The notes beneath the pieces were generated by a model. It was not told the origin of the DNA and searched no databases. It saw nothing but the letters and a program-made list of their open reading frames with translations. This document shows, one piece after another, positions 51,124-64,000 of a DNA stretch of 64,000 bases. The position numbers and the translations under genes were made by a program. Source of the DNA: Heptranchias perlo (taxonomy: Eukaryota); assembly GCF_035084215.1 (NCBI RefSeq), contig NW_027139729.1:1488001-1552000 (forward strand), read 5' to 3'. Position 1 is the first letter of the stretch; every line of letters begins with the position of its first letter.

Positions 51124-51853
51124 TCAGGGAGTGACCGTCCCGGGACTGTGATTCGCAGGTTTGAACAGAGCTCTGACAGTCAGACCGAAACGGCGGGAGA
51201 TATTGGGCCCCAATTGGCTGAGCTGAAATTAATCTTCAATTTCAAAAAGCCCGCCAATTTCAGAGCATCAAATAACAGTTTCAAGAAAATCTCATTTCCC
51301 TCCAGCAATTTAAGAATCTCTCTCTTTATAATCTCCATTATTTCCTACTCCTCAGCCCAAATCTCAGGCTGTTTCACATTCCGGTTCGTTCTCTGATCTG
51401 TCTGTAAACGGGCGGGAATAAAGCCCCGGTCATTGCTTTCCGTAACGGGACAAAGTCCAGCTTCAATTTCAAAAATCCCGCCAGTTCCGGCCCGGTGAAT
51501 CGCTCCTCAAACAGAAACTTCACATCGAACTGATAATTGAATGAGGGCAGGAAATAAAGACCGAGCAGAGAGGACACAGCGGGAGAGGGAGTGAGGAGGG
51601 ATTTTACTCTGAGCGGAGAATGTAATGTCTGATGAAAGACTCTGTATCCCCGCCTGTTCATTTATACCGTGAAACCGGGAATTCCGCTCCTTCTCTCGGG
51701 ATGGCCGAGAACCCCGGCCGTTGTTTCTGATCTCCCTGTACCGAGTGTTGGGGAATCTCCCCATACTAATTAAATATCAGAAACTGCTTCCCCATCCCGA
51801 GATCATTCCTCTCCCCGTTCCCAGGTCAGTGCTCTCTCTGTGAGGCGGTGGGC

Positions 51854-51869
51854 GGCTCTTAGAAGAGCC
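51854..51869 (-). terminator. Histone 3' stem-loop (H4)
   Basis: GGCTCTTCTAAGAGCC on minus. Confidence 0.95.
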
Positions 51870-51904
51870 TTTGTTTTGTGTCCGGTTTGAAAGGGTCGAG
51901 TTGT

Positions 51905-52225
<321 letters not shown>

Positions 52226-52319
52226 TCACTCAAATCGTTGCTGAATGAATAACAAACTTATGCTGCTTCCGTTTTTATGCAGCCTGCCCCGACCTGACTG
52301 AAACAGACACAGGGTGAGA

Positions 52320-52475
52320 GAGGGAGGGGAGGAGACAGAATGAGATATTAAACAGGGAGGGGAGGAGACAGAGTGAGATATTAAACAGGGAGGGGAGGAG
52401 ACAGAGTGAGATATTAAACAGGGAGGGGAGGAGAGAATCAGAGTGAGATATTAAACAGAGAGGGGAGGAGAGATT
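52320..52475. repeat. 33-bp tandem repeat in the H4 promoter
   Basis: (gagtgagatattaaacagggaggggaggagaca), about 4 copies. Confidence 0.9.
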
Positions 52476-53146
52476 CAGAGTGACGGACAGAGCCGCAAGC
52501 GGCCACTGATCTTCCAGCTCCACCTCCAGCTTTCTCCACCCGCCAATTTCAAACCGGTTATCGATAATTGAACCGAAACACAGCGCTCCGCACAAACCCT
52601 TACAGACTCGGGCTTCATATTCAAGGATTCCCAGAAACCCGGAGCTTTTAAATGAGCCCCGTTACAATTAACAGTCAGTAATATTCCTGCCTAAATACAG
52701 TCCCTTCTATAACAAGTCAACCCGCCTCGTTCCATTTCAGTCCCAGACCCGATTCGATCTCCCCACACATCCCCTCCCAGACGGGTTCAGCAGTTTACAA
52801 ACACTTTATTCCAGTTGATTTGAAGAATCTCATGTGTTGGGGTTTGAATTGTGATAGCGGCGGGTCTCCGCCAGTTTTACCCTGTCACCGACTCTCGCCC
52901 TGAATCTGTGAGAATAAATGAACTGGGACTGGAGCCGAACACACGCCAGTTCCAGTGAGGCCCGGCCCGGACATCCCATTCTCTCTATTTTATTTCAGAC
53001 AGTGGGGGTGTGGCGAGAATAGCGAATGTCAGCGAGTCACCGGGACCCTGGGTTTATTTGAAATGATTTCTATCTGAAATCTGAGCCCGACCCCGGGACA
53101 GGAATCATCTGATTCCGGGATCAGCTCTTTTCTGAGAGACGTGGGT

Positions 53147-53162
53147 GGCTCTGAGAAGAGCC
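53147..53162 (-). terminator. Histone 3' stem-loop (H1)
   Basis: GGCTCTTCTCAGAGCC-accca on minus. Confidence 0.95.
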
Positions 53163-53198
53163 GTTGGGTTCAGATGGTCACAAGTTGCACTTGATTTT

Positions 53199-53810
53199 TT
53201 ACTTCTTTTTGCCCGCTGCTTTCTTAGGCTTTGCTGACTTCGGCTTGGGCTTGGCCCTCGGTTTTTCCACCTTCTTCGCCTTCGCCTTCACTGTCTTGGG
53301 GGTCTTGGGCTTCTTCGCCGCCGCTTTCTTCTTAATTGGTGATTTCGCCGCCTTTTTCGTGGTCGATTTCTTGACCGCTGGTTTCTTGGCCGTTAATTTC
53401 TTGACGGCTGTTTTTTTGGCCGCTGGTTTCTTTCCGGGAGATTTCTTGGTCACTTGTTTCTTCACCTTCTTCACCACTTTTGCCTGGGTTTCCTTCTTAG
53501 CGACTCTGAAGGAGCCCGAGGCGCCCGTGCCCTTGATCTGCACCAGGGAGCCTTTTTCCACATTTCTCTTGATACTTAATTTGATCTGGGACCGGAGCTT
53601 CTCCACATCCAGGCCTTTGGTAGCCAGAACCTTCTTTATCGCGGCCAGGGATATCCCCTTGCGGTCCTTGCAATCCGCCACAATCTTGAGGATCTGTTCT
53701 CCCAACGGGGGACCGGTGGACTTGGGTCTGGGAACCGCCTTCTTCTTGGGAGCCTTGGCTTGAGCGGCGGCGGCAGGAGGTGCCGTTTCGGCGGCTGCAG
53801 TGTCTGTCAT
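53199..53810 (-). CDS. H1: Linker histone H1, 203 aa
   Basis: MTDTAAAETAPP N-terminus, globular domain ending KGTGASGSFRV, K/A/P-rich tail; AAACACA H1 box at about 53955-53961 and GC box upstream. Confidence 0.97.
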   Translation of the reverse strand: MTDTAAAETAPPAAAAQAKAPKKKAVPRPKSTGPPLGEQILKIVADCKDRKGISLAAIKKVLATKGLDVEKLRSQIKLSIKRNVEKGSLVQIKGTGASGSFRVAKKETQAKVVKKVKKQVTKKSPGKKPAAKKTAVKKLTAKKPAVKKSTTKKAAKSPIKKKAAAKKPKTPKTVKAKAKKVEKPRAKPKPKSAKPKKAAGKKK

Positions 53811-55499
53811 GTCCGGGACTCTGTCGAAAATCTCTCTGACAGTCAGAGCTGGGTCAGAAATGAAATGAGAGGCGGCGGCACAGAGCAACTTAAAGGCACA
53901 GAGCGGACGGGGCGGAGACATCCTGCTGTCAGCTCCCGGCCCCTCCAGCCTCTCTGTGTTTCTCTCTCCTCTTAAACTCCCCGATTCCAATTCAAATCGG
54001 GCACTCCAGAGTCCCAGACTAGCCCCTTCCTATCTCTAACACCGGTATGTTTGCTGTCGATAAACTTTCACCCGAATTAAAAGCACCAGTTTCGATTTAA
54101 ACCCGTTTCATTGATGCACTGATCGCGCTCTCTCACCCGATCGCCGACATGATCTCCGTTTTTCGGCTGAAATCTTGAATTGATCTGAAACTTTACCTTA
54201 AATTTCCACTTCGGAGCTCGGCAGGGGAGGAGGGCAATCCTTTGACAGGGATTTTAAAAAATTTTACTCAAAAGGGACTCGGAAATCCGGCGATGAGACC
54301 GGCCACACAAACACAGTGACATTAATCTAACCCGCCCGCCCCTTTAACACACTCTCTCTGACACAATGTTCACATCTTCACATTCACAGGACAAACTGTT
54401 CGCCAGATTGACAATTCCCGGGACAGGCTTTCCTCCCCGCTCGGCCTGTGCTGCAGATTCTCGGGGGTTAGTTGTCGTTTCCCAGCTCAGTCACTGTTAA
54501 ACACTCTGAGGCCAGCGCTCCTCACAGTGTCTGGTCCCCAGATTCAGGGGCAGGAGTCAATCACAGCTGTGGATGTGATAATCCACATCTGGTTTTACAT
54601 TATTATATTGTTCGACACAGAAATATGTTTGATGAAGATGAAAATACAAATTATCCGCTCTGGGCTCCTCCAATCTCTCTGTGTCTCTCTCTCCTCCGAA
54701 ACTGACTGACAGACAATCGTAACTGGTGTCCTATCCGTCCCGTTCTCAATCCCCTTAGACGGCTAGTTATTGAATATATTCAACACTAACAGGCAGTCCA
54801 GTGTCAGACAGTTACAAGCTGTTTCTCTCCAACTTTCCTTACTGGACTGGAGACAGGTAAATGCACCGTCAGACCGGCGCATACATAATAGAAGGGACAG
54901 TGACCGTCTGACCAACAGAACCGGAGGTCTGTTCACAGACACAGAATGAGTCTTTACCTTACAACAGGGTATCTATATTACGCTCATTAACAGTATCCTG
55001 CTTTCATGTACAGCACTAGAGAGAGAGAGAAAGACAGACCGACAGACAAACAGAGAGACATACACACAGACACAGTATCAGTCTCACACTTCCTATCAGT
55101 GTGTCCGTTTCACGCTCAGTAACAGTATCCCACCTTCATGTGCAGCGCTAGAGACAGAGACACAGAGAGGCACAATATCAGTCTCACATTCCCACCAGTG
55201 TGTCCGTTTCACACTCAGAATGGAAAGAACCTGCTATTTAAAATCATTGCTGCTTTCTCCCCCCAAACCAATAGTGAATGTTCCTGGTTTAGTTCCAGTC
55301 TCACTCTGTGGTTGGACAGTGAAGAGTGGAAACAGAGCCGGACAGTAAGGATGTGGGGAGTTATACAAAGAGCATCTATTGCAGGCACCAGGTGAGAAGT
55401 GTGAAGGATACATTTTAAACAGCGGCTGTTGGGTTTCGGTTGAAAGGTTAGTCCCATGGGAGAGGGGATCAGAAACCTGACCTGTACAAAGGTCCCTGC

Positions 55500-56178
55500 C
55501 CTCTCACACTCACATACAGTTCCACGGACTGAGAAATACAGAATGAATCCCACACTCACACACAGTGCCAGGGAGTGAGAGATACAGAATTAATCCCACA
55601 TTTACATACAGTACCAGAGAGTGAGAGATACAGAATCAATCCCACACTCACACACAGCACCAGAGAGTGAGATACAGAATAAATTCGTCACTCACATACA
55701 GTATCAGAGAGTGACAGTTACAGAATCAATCCCACACTCACACATAGTACCAGAGAGTAAGATACAGAATAAATTCGGCACTCACATACAGTATCAGAGA
55801 GTGACAGTTACAGAATCAATCCCACGCTCAGACAAAGTACCAGAGAGTGACAGATACAGAATGAAACCCTCAGTCACATACAATACCAGAGAGTGACAGA
55901 TACAGAATCAATCCCACACTCACACATAGTACCAGAGAGTAAGATACAGAATAAATTCGTCACTCACATACAGTATCAGAGAGTGACAGTTACAGAATCA
56001 ATCCCACGCTCAGACAAAGTACCAGAGAGTGACAGATACAGAATGAAACCCTCAGTCACATACAATACCAGAAACTGACAGATACAGAATCAACCCCACA
56101 CTCACATACAGTTCCACAGACTGACAGATACAGAATGAATCCCACACACACAGGACCAGAGACTGACAGATTCAGAAT
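55500..56178. repeat. 46-bp satellite with perfect about 184-bp internal duplication
   Basis: Same unit as 37900-38480; 55720-55890 repeated at 55904-56070. Confidence 0.9.
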
Positions 56179-57451
56179 TGCTGCTTTACTCGGTCTTCAT
56201 CCTTTGAATCTGGTGGAGAAATTGAAATAAAATCAGTGAAACTGCCCCATTTTAATGTTTGTTTCTGTAGAATTTGCTGCCCAATAAAGTAAACACGGGT
56301 CCGGGGTCCGTTCAATTCCCATTTTGCTTTGCTCTCGCTCTCATTCAGATTTACACCGCCCCCGGTTTTCCCGTTAACCACCACTTTCAGGGCTAAGAAT
56401 CAGAATTCAGTTCCTTCCTCTTTCTCACTGCGGAGCCAGTCTCTGAAATAATTAATTACTGATATTAATATCCCGCATATTAGCAGCACGTTCCCCGCAG
56501 TGTAACAATCCAGAATGAACGTCTTGGAGAAAAGAACAGGCTCGTTTTCAGGCTTAGTCAATGATTCCGTTTTCAGGACACACGGCTCCTGTTCAGTCCC
56601 TGCAACGGAATCAATCGATAACCTGTAATTTGTTATTTTTACAGGTAGAAGTGAAATTTGTCCATATCAGCAATCTATGAATGGGGTTTTATTCCGCAAG
56701 TTATGGACAATGTGTTTTTAAACAGCGCTAGGAATCTGGGACGTGTAATACGGAATAACATTATTACAAAGAGATTTTAAGTCTTTGTCTGAAAACGACA
56801 TGTCCGAGTAATTCACTGATTTCATACACTGAAATTGGCGGACTTTTTCAAATTTTTAAAAATCGGTCAATTCTGGCCAATAATTTGCTCTGTTTTCTTA
56901 TTGACGTCTCTCCGATTGGTTCAGGAAATTAGTTTTCAAGCAAAGCAACCAATGAGAAGTAGCCTCAGTTTGGAGCGGGCTTTGAGAGTTGGGCCTGTGG
57001 TAATTCCAGGTCCCCAATGACTGAGCTCAAACGGTTCAATTTCACAAACCCTCTCAGTATCAGTGTCAGAAACAACCGTCAGAGGGAAAATCCATATCAC
57101 AAGCTGGGCCCTTATCACAGCGGCTCAGCTTAACCTCTTCTCCCATGGAAACCCCCGGTCCCACATCACAACATCTGACTGATAAATAGAACCAAAACAG
57201 AGCGAATGGAGTGAAGGAGCATTTCACTGAGGGGGGAAATGCAGGTCCGGGTAAACTCACTTGTAACGTTCCCTGGACAATTCAGTGCACTCATTCAGGG
57301 AAATTTTCCTCTCAGTAACCGGTGCAGCACGCCGCCGATCCCACGTCACCGTATTGTGTTCCTGAAAACTCCTTAATTATAAAACTATTCCCGAGCCCCA
57401 TATATCCCGCACCAGTTCCCAGGTCAGTGCTCTCTCTGTGAGGCGGTGGGT

Positions 57452-57467
57452 GGCTCTTAGAAGAGCC
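57452..57467 (-). terminator. Histone 3' stem-loop (H4 copy 2)
   Basis: GGCTCTTCTAAGAGCC-accca on minus. Confidence 0.96.
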
Positions 57468-57502
57468 TTTGTTTTGTGTCCGGTTTGAAAGGGTCGAGTT
57501 GT

Positions 57503-57823
<321 letters not shown>

Positions 57824-58344
57824 TCACTCAGATCGCTGGTGAATGAAAAACTCTCGCCTTTCTTCTCGATTTATAAAGCCCGCCCCGACCTGGTTGAGAA
57901 AGGCACATTATCGGAGAGGCCGGGGAGGAGTGTTTGAATGACAGACAGAGCATGAAGTGCGGGAGGGGAGGAGACTGGCTCAGAATGACGGACAAGCGGA
58001 CGTGTAACTTCGAGCTCCGCCTCCAGGAATCAGTTACCGTCCTTTATAAAATTTTCACCAGCATCAAATGCGAAATACAAATTCAGACACAACCCTTACA
58101 GACTCCGGCTTGATATTCAAGGATTGCTGGGAAAAAAGGCGGAAAATACAATTTAAATTCAATAATTGAGGCACACTACAGTTCCAATACAATCACGATC
58201 ATAACAGAATCAATCAGTGCCGCTCCGGGACCGTTGGAAGAGGGAGTTTTAGTTTTCAGATTTGTAGCTGACAGTAGGCGCCCAATAGTTCAATAAACAT
58301 AAATCGGTGTGGAAGGCACCCGATACCTTTCCGTGCTTGGGTCA

Positions 58345-58720
58345 GTATGGGACTGGATAGATTCAGGCACTGGGATGGATGGAGACTGGTCCTATGTGGG
58401 GACTGGATAGATTCAGGCACCGGGATGGATGCAGAATTATCCTGTGTGGGGACTGAATAGATTCAGGCACTGGGATGGATGGAGAATGATCCTGTTTGGG
58501 GACTGGATAGATTCAGAGACTGGGATGGATGGAGACATTTCCTGTGTGAGTACAATGAGTTTCATTAGAGCTGAGGTCATTGGGGACTGGATAGATTCTG
58601 GGAACGGAATGGATGGTGACACATCCTATGTGGGACTGGATAGATTCAGGGACCGGGATGGACAGACCCTGGTCCTGAGTGGGGAATGGATAGATTCAGG
58701 GACCGGGATGGACAGAGACT
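58345..58720. repeat. About 50-bp tandem repeat
   Basis: (gggactggatagattcaggcactgggatggatggagactggtcctatgtg)n. Confidence 0.88.
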
Positions 58721-59287
58721 TGCCCCGGGCCACTGTGCGAGGCGGAATCTTACCTTTCGCAACCTTGGCGTCCAATCTGACCCTGAGACGGGCATCCGAC
58801 CACATATAGGAATATGGGGAAAGTGCGGGAAAGTGGAGTTGAGGTAAAAATCAGATCAGGCATGATCTCATTAAATGGCAGAGCAAGCTCGAGCGGCTAA
58901 ATGGCCTACTGCTGCTCCTTTCTCTTATGGTCTTTTCCGCTCCATCACCAAGGCCGCCGACTTCCACCTCCGAAGCATCGCGCGTCTCCGCACCTGCCTC
59001 AGCTGATCTGGTGCAAAAACCCTCATCCATTCCCTTCTTACCTCCAGACTTGGCTATTCCAATGCTCTCCTGCTCAACCTCCGATCTTCTGCCCTGTGTA
59101 AACTTGAACTCCTCCAAAACACCGTTGCCCTATTCTAATTCCCACCAAGTCCTGTTCACCCATCACCCATGTTCTCGCTGACTGACATTGGCTCCCATTC
59201 CTTTAACCGCTGGAGAGATGTAATATATTAACGTAGAACGGGGATAACAGTGATCAATAGTTCAGCCCTTTCATAGATACAGTGGGT

Positions 59288-59303
59288 GGCTCTGAAAAGA
59301 GCC
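59288..59303 (-). terminator. Histone 3' stem-loop (H2A copy 2)
   Basis: GGCTCTTTTCAGAGCC on minus. Confidence 0.97.
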
Positions 59304-59333
59304 TTTGGGTTATCAGATTAAATCTCGGCCGCT

Positions 59334-59783
<450 letters not shown>

Positions 59784-60703
59784 TTATACCTTCTGGAGGA
59801 GTAGAGTGGGGGAAATTGTGATTGGTCCATCTGTCCTCAATCTCATTGGTTCAATGAACAGTCCATTCAGAGAGCTGTTTTATTCACCAATCAACAGCCG
59901 GCAATGAGAAAAAGGCGGAAAATACCGAACTGAACCGTTTTTTTTAAAATTTGAAAAGCCCGCCAATATATTTGTAACACAAGGAGCGGATTAAGTAAAT
60001 AATGTCGCCTTAAGACAAATATTTAAAAATCTCTCTCCTTTTACTCTGTTATTCCACATTTCCCGTCACAACTTCCAGAATCTTTTACAATCCGGTTAAA
60101 ATCCGGCTTCATTCACCGTTCGCTTTCAATCGGGCGGGAATAAAGTCCCATTTTGTAACGGGACAGATTCCAGCTCAATCTTTGTAAAAGTAACAAACCA
60201 CAGATTGTGGATTGATCCCTGTTCACAGGAGCTGCAGCGCGATCGAAACCGGAGCCGAGACTCCTGGTGTAAGAAGTCGAACAGTGACAGAGCCTTTAGA
60301 CTATTCTGTACTCGGTGTGAAGTCCCTTTCAGGGCTGCTGTTTTACAAAGGATTGCGGTTCTGAAAGTGATATTCCCGAATAATGAACAAACAAACGTGA
60401 AAAGGAGAAAAAAATGACTGAAGTCTAATCCACCGCCTTAAAACGGCTGTGAAGGTGCAGACGCGGGGAAAAGGGCGGAATATGATTGGAAATGAGAGGA
60501 TTATGGACACGTTTTTGGTTATTGGGACCAAATAAAAAAGCGACACACAGATTATACCGGGCAGTGATTATGAGAATCTTCCAGATTTGAAGAGAAATTA
60601 CAATAGCACATCAGTTATAGAGAGACAGTTAGTATCAAACTATCTACAGTAAAATGATTCCATGCAGAGGTGTCGTTACAGCGTCTTCAGAGAGACTTTG
60701 GGT

Positions 60704-60719
60704 GGCTCTTAAAAGAGCC
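60704..60719 (-). terminator. Histone 3' stem-loop (H2B copy 2)
   Basis: GGCTCTTTTAAGAGCC on minus. Confidence 0.97.
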
Positions 60720-60753
60720 TTTGTGTTAATTTTTTTCAATAGATTGTGGAGCT

Positions 60754-61128
60754 TTACTTGGAGCTGGTGTACTTGGTCACCGCCTTTGTCCCTTCCGACA
60801 CGGCGTGCTTGGCCAGTTCCCCGGGCAGCAGCAGGCGCACGGCGGTCTGGATCTCCCGGGAGCTGATGGTGTGGCGTTTATTATAATGAGCCAGGCGGGA
60901 AGCTTCACCCGCGATGCGCTCGAAAATATCGTTCACAAAGGAGTTCATGATGCTCATGGCCTTGGAGGAGATGCCGGTGTCGGGGTGAACCTGCTTCATC
61001 ACTTTGTAGACGTAGATGGAGTAACTCTCCTTCCTCGACTTTCTCCGCTTCTTGCCGCCCTTGGCTGGTGCTTTACTCAAGGTTTTCTTGGCGCCCTTCT
61101 TGGGAGCTGCTTTCTTGTCCTCAGGCAT
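60754..61128 (-). CDS. H2B: Histone H2B (copy 2)
   Basis: Same protein as 48165..48539 except NKRHT vs NKRAT. Confidence 0.99.
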   Translation of the reverse strand: MPEDKKAAPKKGAKKTLSKAPAKGGKKRRKSRKESYSIYVYKVMKQVHPDTGISSKAMSIMNSFVNDIFERIAGEASRLAHYNKRHTISSREIQTAVRLLLPGELAKHAVSEGTKAVTKYTSSK

Positions 61129-62318
61129 TTTCAAACTCAATTTCAGACCCAGAAATGACCCAAATCCGCTCCGAGCTCGGATTAAATAGGCAGCCCCACA
61201 GCCCAATGGTAATGAGGGATGGGGGAAGGCAATGATTGTGATTGGGTCATTGGGAGTGATCAAACGTCACATTTTCCTTTCACTCTCTGATTGGTTTCTT
61301 CAGATATCCAATCAGATTTAATACCTGCCACCAATCACAAACACGCTCACACTGCACATTGTCCGGTTTCAGCAATTTGTTCCGAACTGTTGCAGTTCTG
61401 CTTCCGGCCAGTAGATGTCCCCAAACCCCGGGTCATTGAAGTTTACAGATGAGAGAGGGACAGAAGATAAACTCATTCTTCACATTATATTGCACGGGTG
61501 GGGTTTAGAAAAACTGGGAAAGGAAAACACTTGGTAAGACCAAACATGAGTTGTAATGCTGTATTAAATGCTTGTAATTAATTTAGGGGGTTTAGCCTGT
61601 ACTGAGGAAGAATCCAACAAAATACAAGAAGACTGTATTAAGCTTGCTGAAAGGCGGTGTAAATGTCCATTGAATTTCCATATAGAAAGGTGTGAGGTGG
61701 TGCGTTTTGCTCGGGGGAATAAGGAGGCCACATACTGCTTGGAAAATAAGAGTCTGAATGGGGTAGAAGAGCAAAGGGATTTAGGGGTACAGATTGACAA
61801 ATCTTTAAAAGTAGCAACACAGGTTGATAAGGTCACAGAAAGCAAACACAGAAGTTTATTTCTGGAGGAATAGAATTGAAAAGCAGATAAGTTATGTTGA
61901 AATGTAATTTAAACTGTCAAACCTTCTGCCAAACTGTTAAACCTTCCCTTTCTGAAATCCGTGCTGACTATTCTTTATTATATTTTCGGTTTCTAGATGT
62001 TTTTCTATTGCTTCATTGAGTAAAAGATTCCATGATCATTCCCACCACCGACCTTTAGTTAACTGGTCTATAGTTCCCTGGACTTGTTCTATCTCCTGTT
62101 TTAAATTATAAGAATCACATTAACTGTCATCCAGTCCTCTGGAGAGACAGAAGATGCAATCTCATCTCTCACTGATATTGTACAAGGGACAGACACACTA
62201 TTAATCCCACACTCAGGGAGAGTGCAGAGAGTGACAAAAATAATGGGACACATTTAAACCTCTTTTGCCTGATGTACCATCTGAAGTTTTGCAGCTCAAG
62301 GCTGTTCGATATTACTTT

Positions 62319-62408
62319 TGTAAACAATTTTACAACACCAAGTTATAGTCCAACAATTTTTATTTGAAATCTACAAGCTTTCGGAGGCTTCCTCCTTCCT
62401 CAGGTAAA
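62319..62408 (-). mobile_element. Short Penelope-like terminal fragment with hammerhead motif (62370-62408)
   Basis: Similar to 47092-47181; flanked by tgttc(g/a)atattacttt duplication (62303-62318 / 62409-62424); empty site at about 35187-35210. Confidence 0.75.
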
Positions 62409-62715
62409 TGTTCAATATTACTTTGAGTGACCGAGAGTTTCACTCCGGTTAAATTAATCTGGGTCTGTTACTGTCAGATATTAATCCTACACGGTGCCAG
62501 GAAATTAACCGACTCCCACTTTCGTCCCATGTTTCTCCAGGATTGGTTTGAGAAATCCTCCCTGCAGTTTCAGAGTCCCACGTTTATTTATCAGAAGAGG
62601 GGCCAAAAATGAACCGGATCCTTTGGCTCATTCCACAGCCGCTCACTTTATCTCTGAAAGCCCCTTTACCATCAAAAGATACCGAGAGAAACAGCAGGGA
62701 TGGAAACATCTAGTT

Positions 62716-64000
62716 TTCTGGTGCTGTGTGTGAGTGTGGGATTCATTCTGAATCTGTCAGTCTCTGGTACTGTATGTGAGTGTGGGATTCACTCTGTATC
62801 TGTCAGTTTGTGGTACTGTGTATGAGTGTGGAATTCATTCTGTATCTGTCAGTCTCTGGTACGGTGTGTGAGTGTGGGATTCATTCTGTATCTGTCAGAC
62901 TCTGGTCCTGTGTGTGAGTGTGGGATTCATTCTGTGTCTGTCAATCTCTGGCACTGTGTGTGAGTGTGGGATTCATTCTGTGTCTGTCAATCTCTGGCAC
63001 TGTGTGTGAGTGTGGGATTCATTCTGAATCTGTCAGACTCTGGTGCTGCCTGTGAGTGTGGGATTCATTCTGTGACAGTCAGTCTCTGGTATTATATCTC
63101 AGTGTAGGATTTATTCTGTAACTCAGTTTCTGGGACAAAGTTCAAGTCTGGATTCGTTCTGTATTCTTATTTCAGGTTACAGTATGTTGCTTGAAACTGT
63201 ATCTTTAATACATGAATGTATGCATAGTCATTTGTCTAGTGTTAATTTGTAATTATGGATACACTTTAGAACTTTGTTTTAATCATGCAATGTTTGTGAG
63301 TTTTGATGTAGGATTACATCTTAATTTCTGTGAAGATTATTTTAAATGAGAATGTACATTTCAATATCTTACTGTGAAATTATTGGACTGGTATTTATTG
63401 TGTAGCTCAGTCTGGGCTAGTGGAATTGATACTTCATCTTGCAAGCTGACACTGTGTGATTTTTGGACTGGTATGTAATGTGTAGTTCAGTTTGCATTAA
63501 TGGGAATGAGACTGTATCTTTCAGTCTGACACTGTGTGCTATATTTGGACTTGTGTGCAAGGAATAACTCAGTCTGCAATAATGGAATTGATGCCGTACC
63601 TTTCAGCATGAGCTTGACCTGATTATTGGACTGGTTTGCAATGTGTGCTGAGTCAACAATAATAGGATTGATACTGTATCTTTCAGTCTGACACTGTGTG
63701 CTATATTTGGACTTGTGTGTAAGGAATAACTCAGTCTGCAATAATGGAATTGATGCCGTACCTTTCAGCATGAGCTTGACCTGATTATTGGACTGGTTTG
63801 CAATGTGTGCTGAGTCAACAATAATAGGATTGATACTGTATCTTTCAGTCTGACACTGTATTCGAATTTTGGACCATATATAATGTGTAGCTCAATCTGC
63901 ACTAATGGAATTGATACTGTATCTTTCGATCTGACACTGAGATTGTTGGGCTCATATCTGTTGTGTAGCTCAGTCTGCACTAATGGAATTCATACTGCAT
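62716..64000 (-). repeat. Composite 46/81-bp satellite in inverted orientation
   Basis: Reverse complement of 44100-45500-type sequence. Confidence 0.9.

Overview
Eukaryotic, intron-containing vertebrate DNA, most likely a cartilaginous fish (shark). This is inferred from Deu-domain SINEs, abundant CR1/L2 LINEs, Penelope-like ends and a 67-bp repeat I recall from shark sequences. The left half (about 7.8-27.6 kb) holds a + strand Ig-superfamily gene missed by the ORF track: a split leader (31-nt and 36-nt exons) and six phase-1 C2-type Ig exons resembling the leukocyte receptor complex (LILR/KIR/A1BG-like). No transmembrane exon was found, so the protein is probably secreted (about 623-631 aa). 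The right half is a replication-dependent histone cluster (H2B-H2A >, < H3, < H4, < H1, < H4, < H2A-H2B, all with 3' stem-loops), whose H2B-H2A pairs lie in about 3-kb inverted arms. A zone of decayed histone-unit relics, a repeated spliced non-coding module and a higher-order satellite precedes it. Other notable items are two Penelope-type insertions carrying minimal hammerhead ribozymes with covarying stem I and visible empty sites in paralogous copies, a tandem array of duplicated splice donors, and extended CTCF motifs around the histone cluster. All calls were made by eye; repeat boundaries are approximate.
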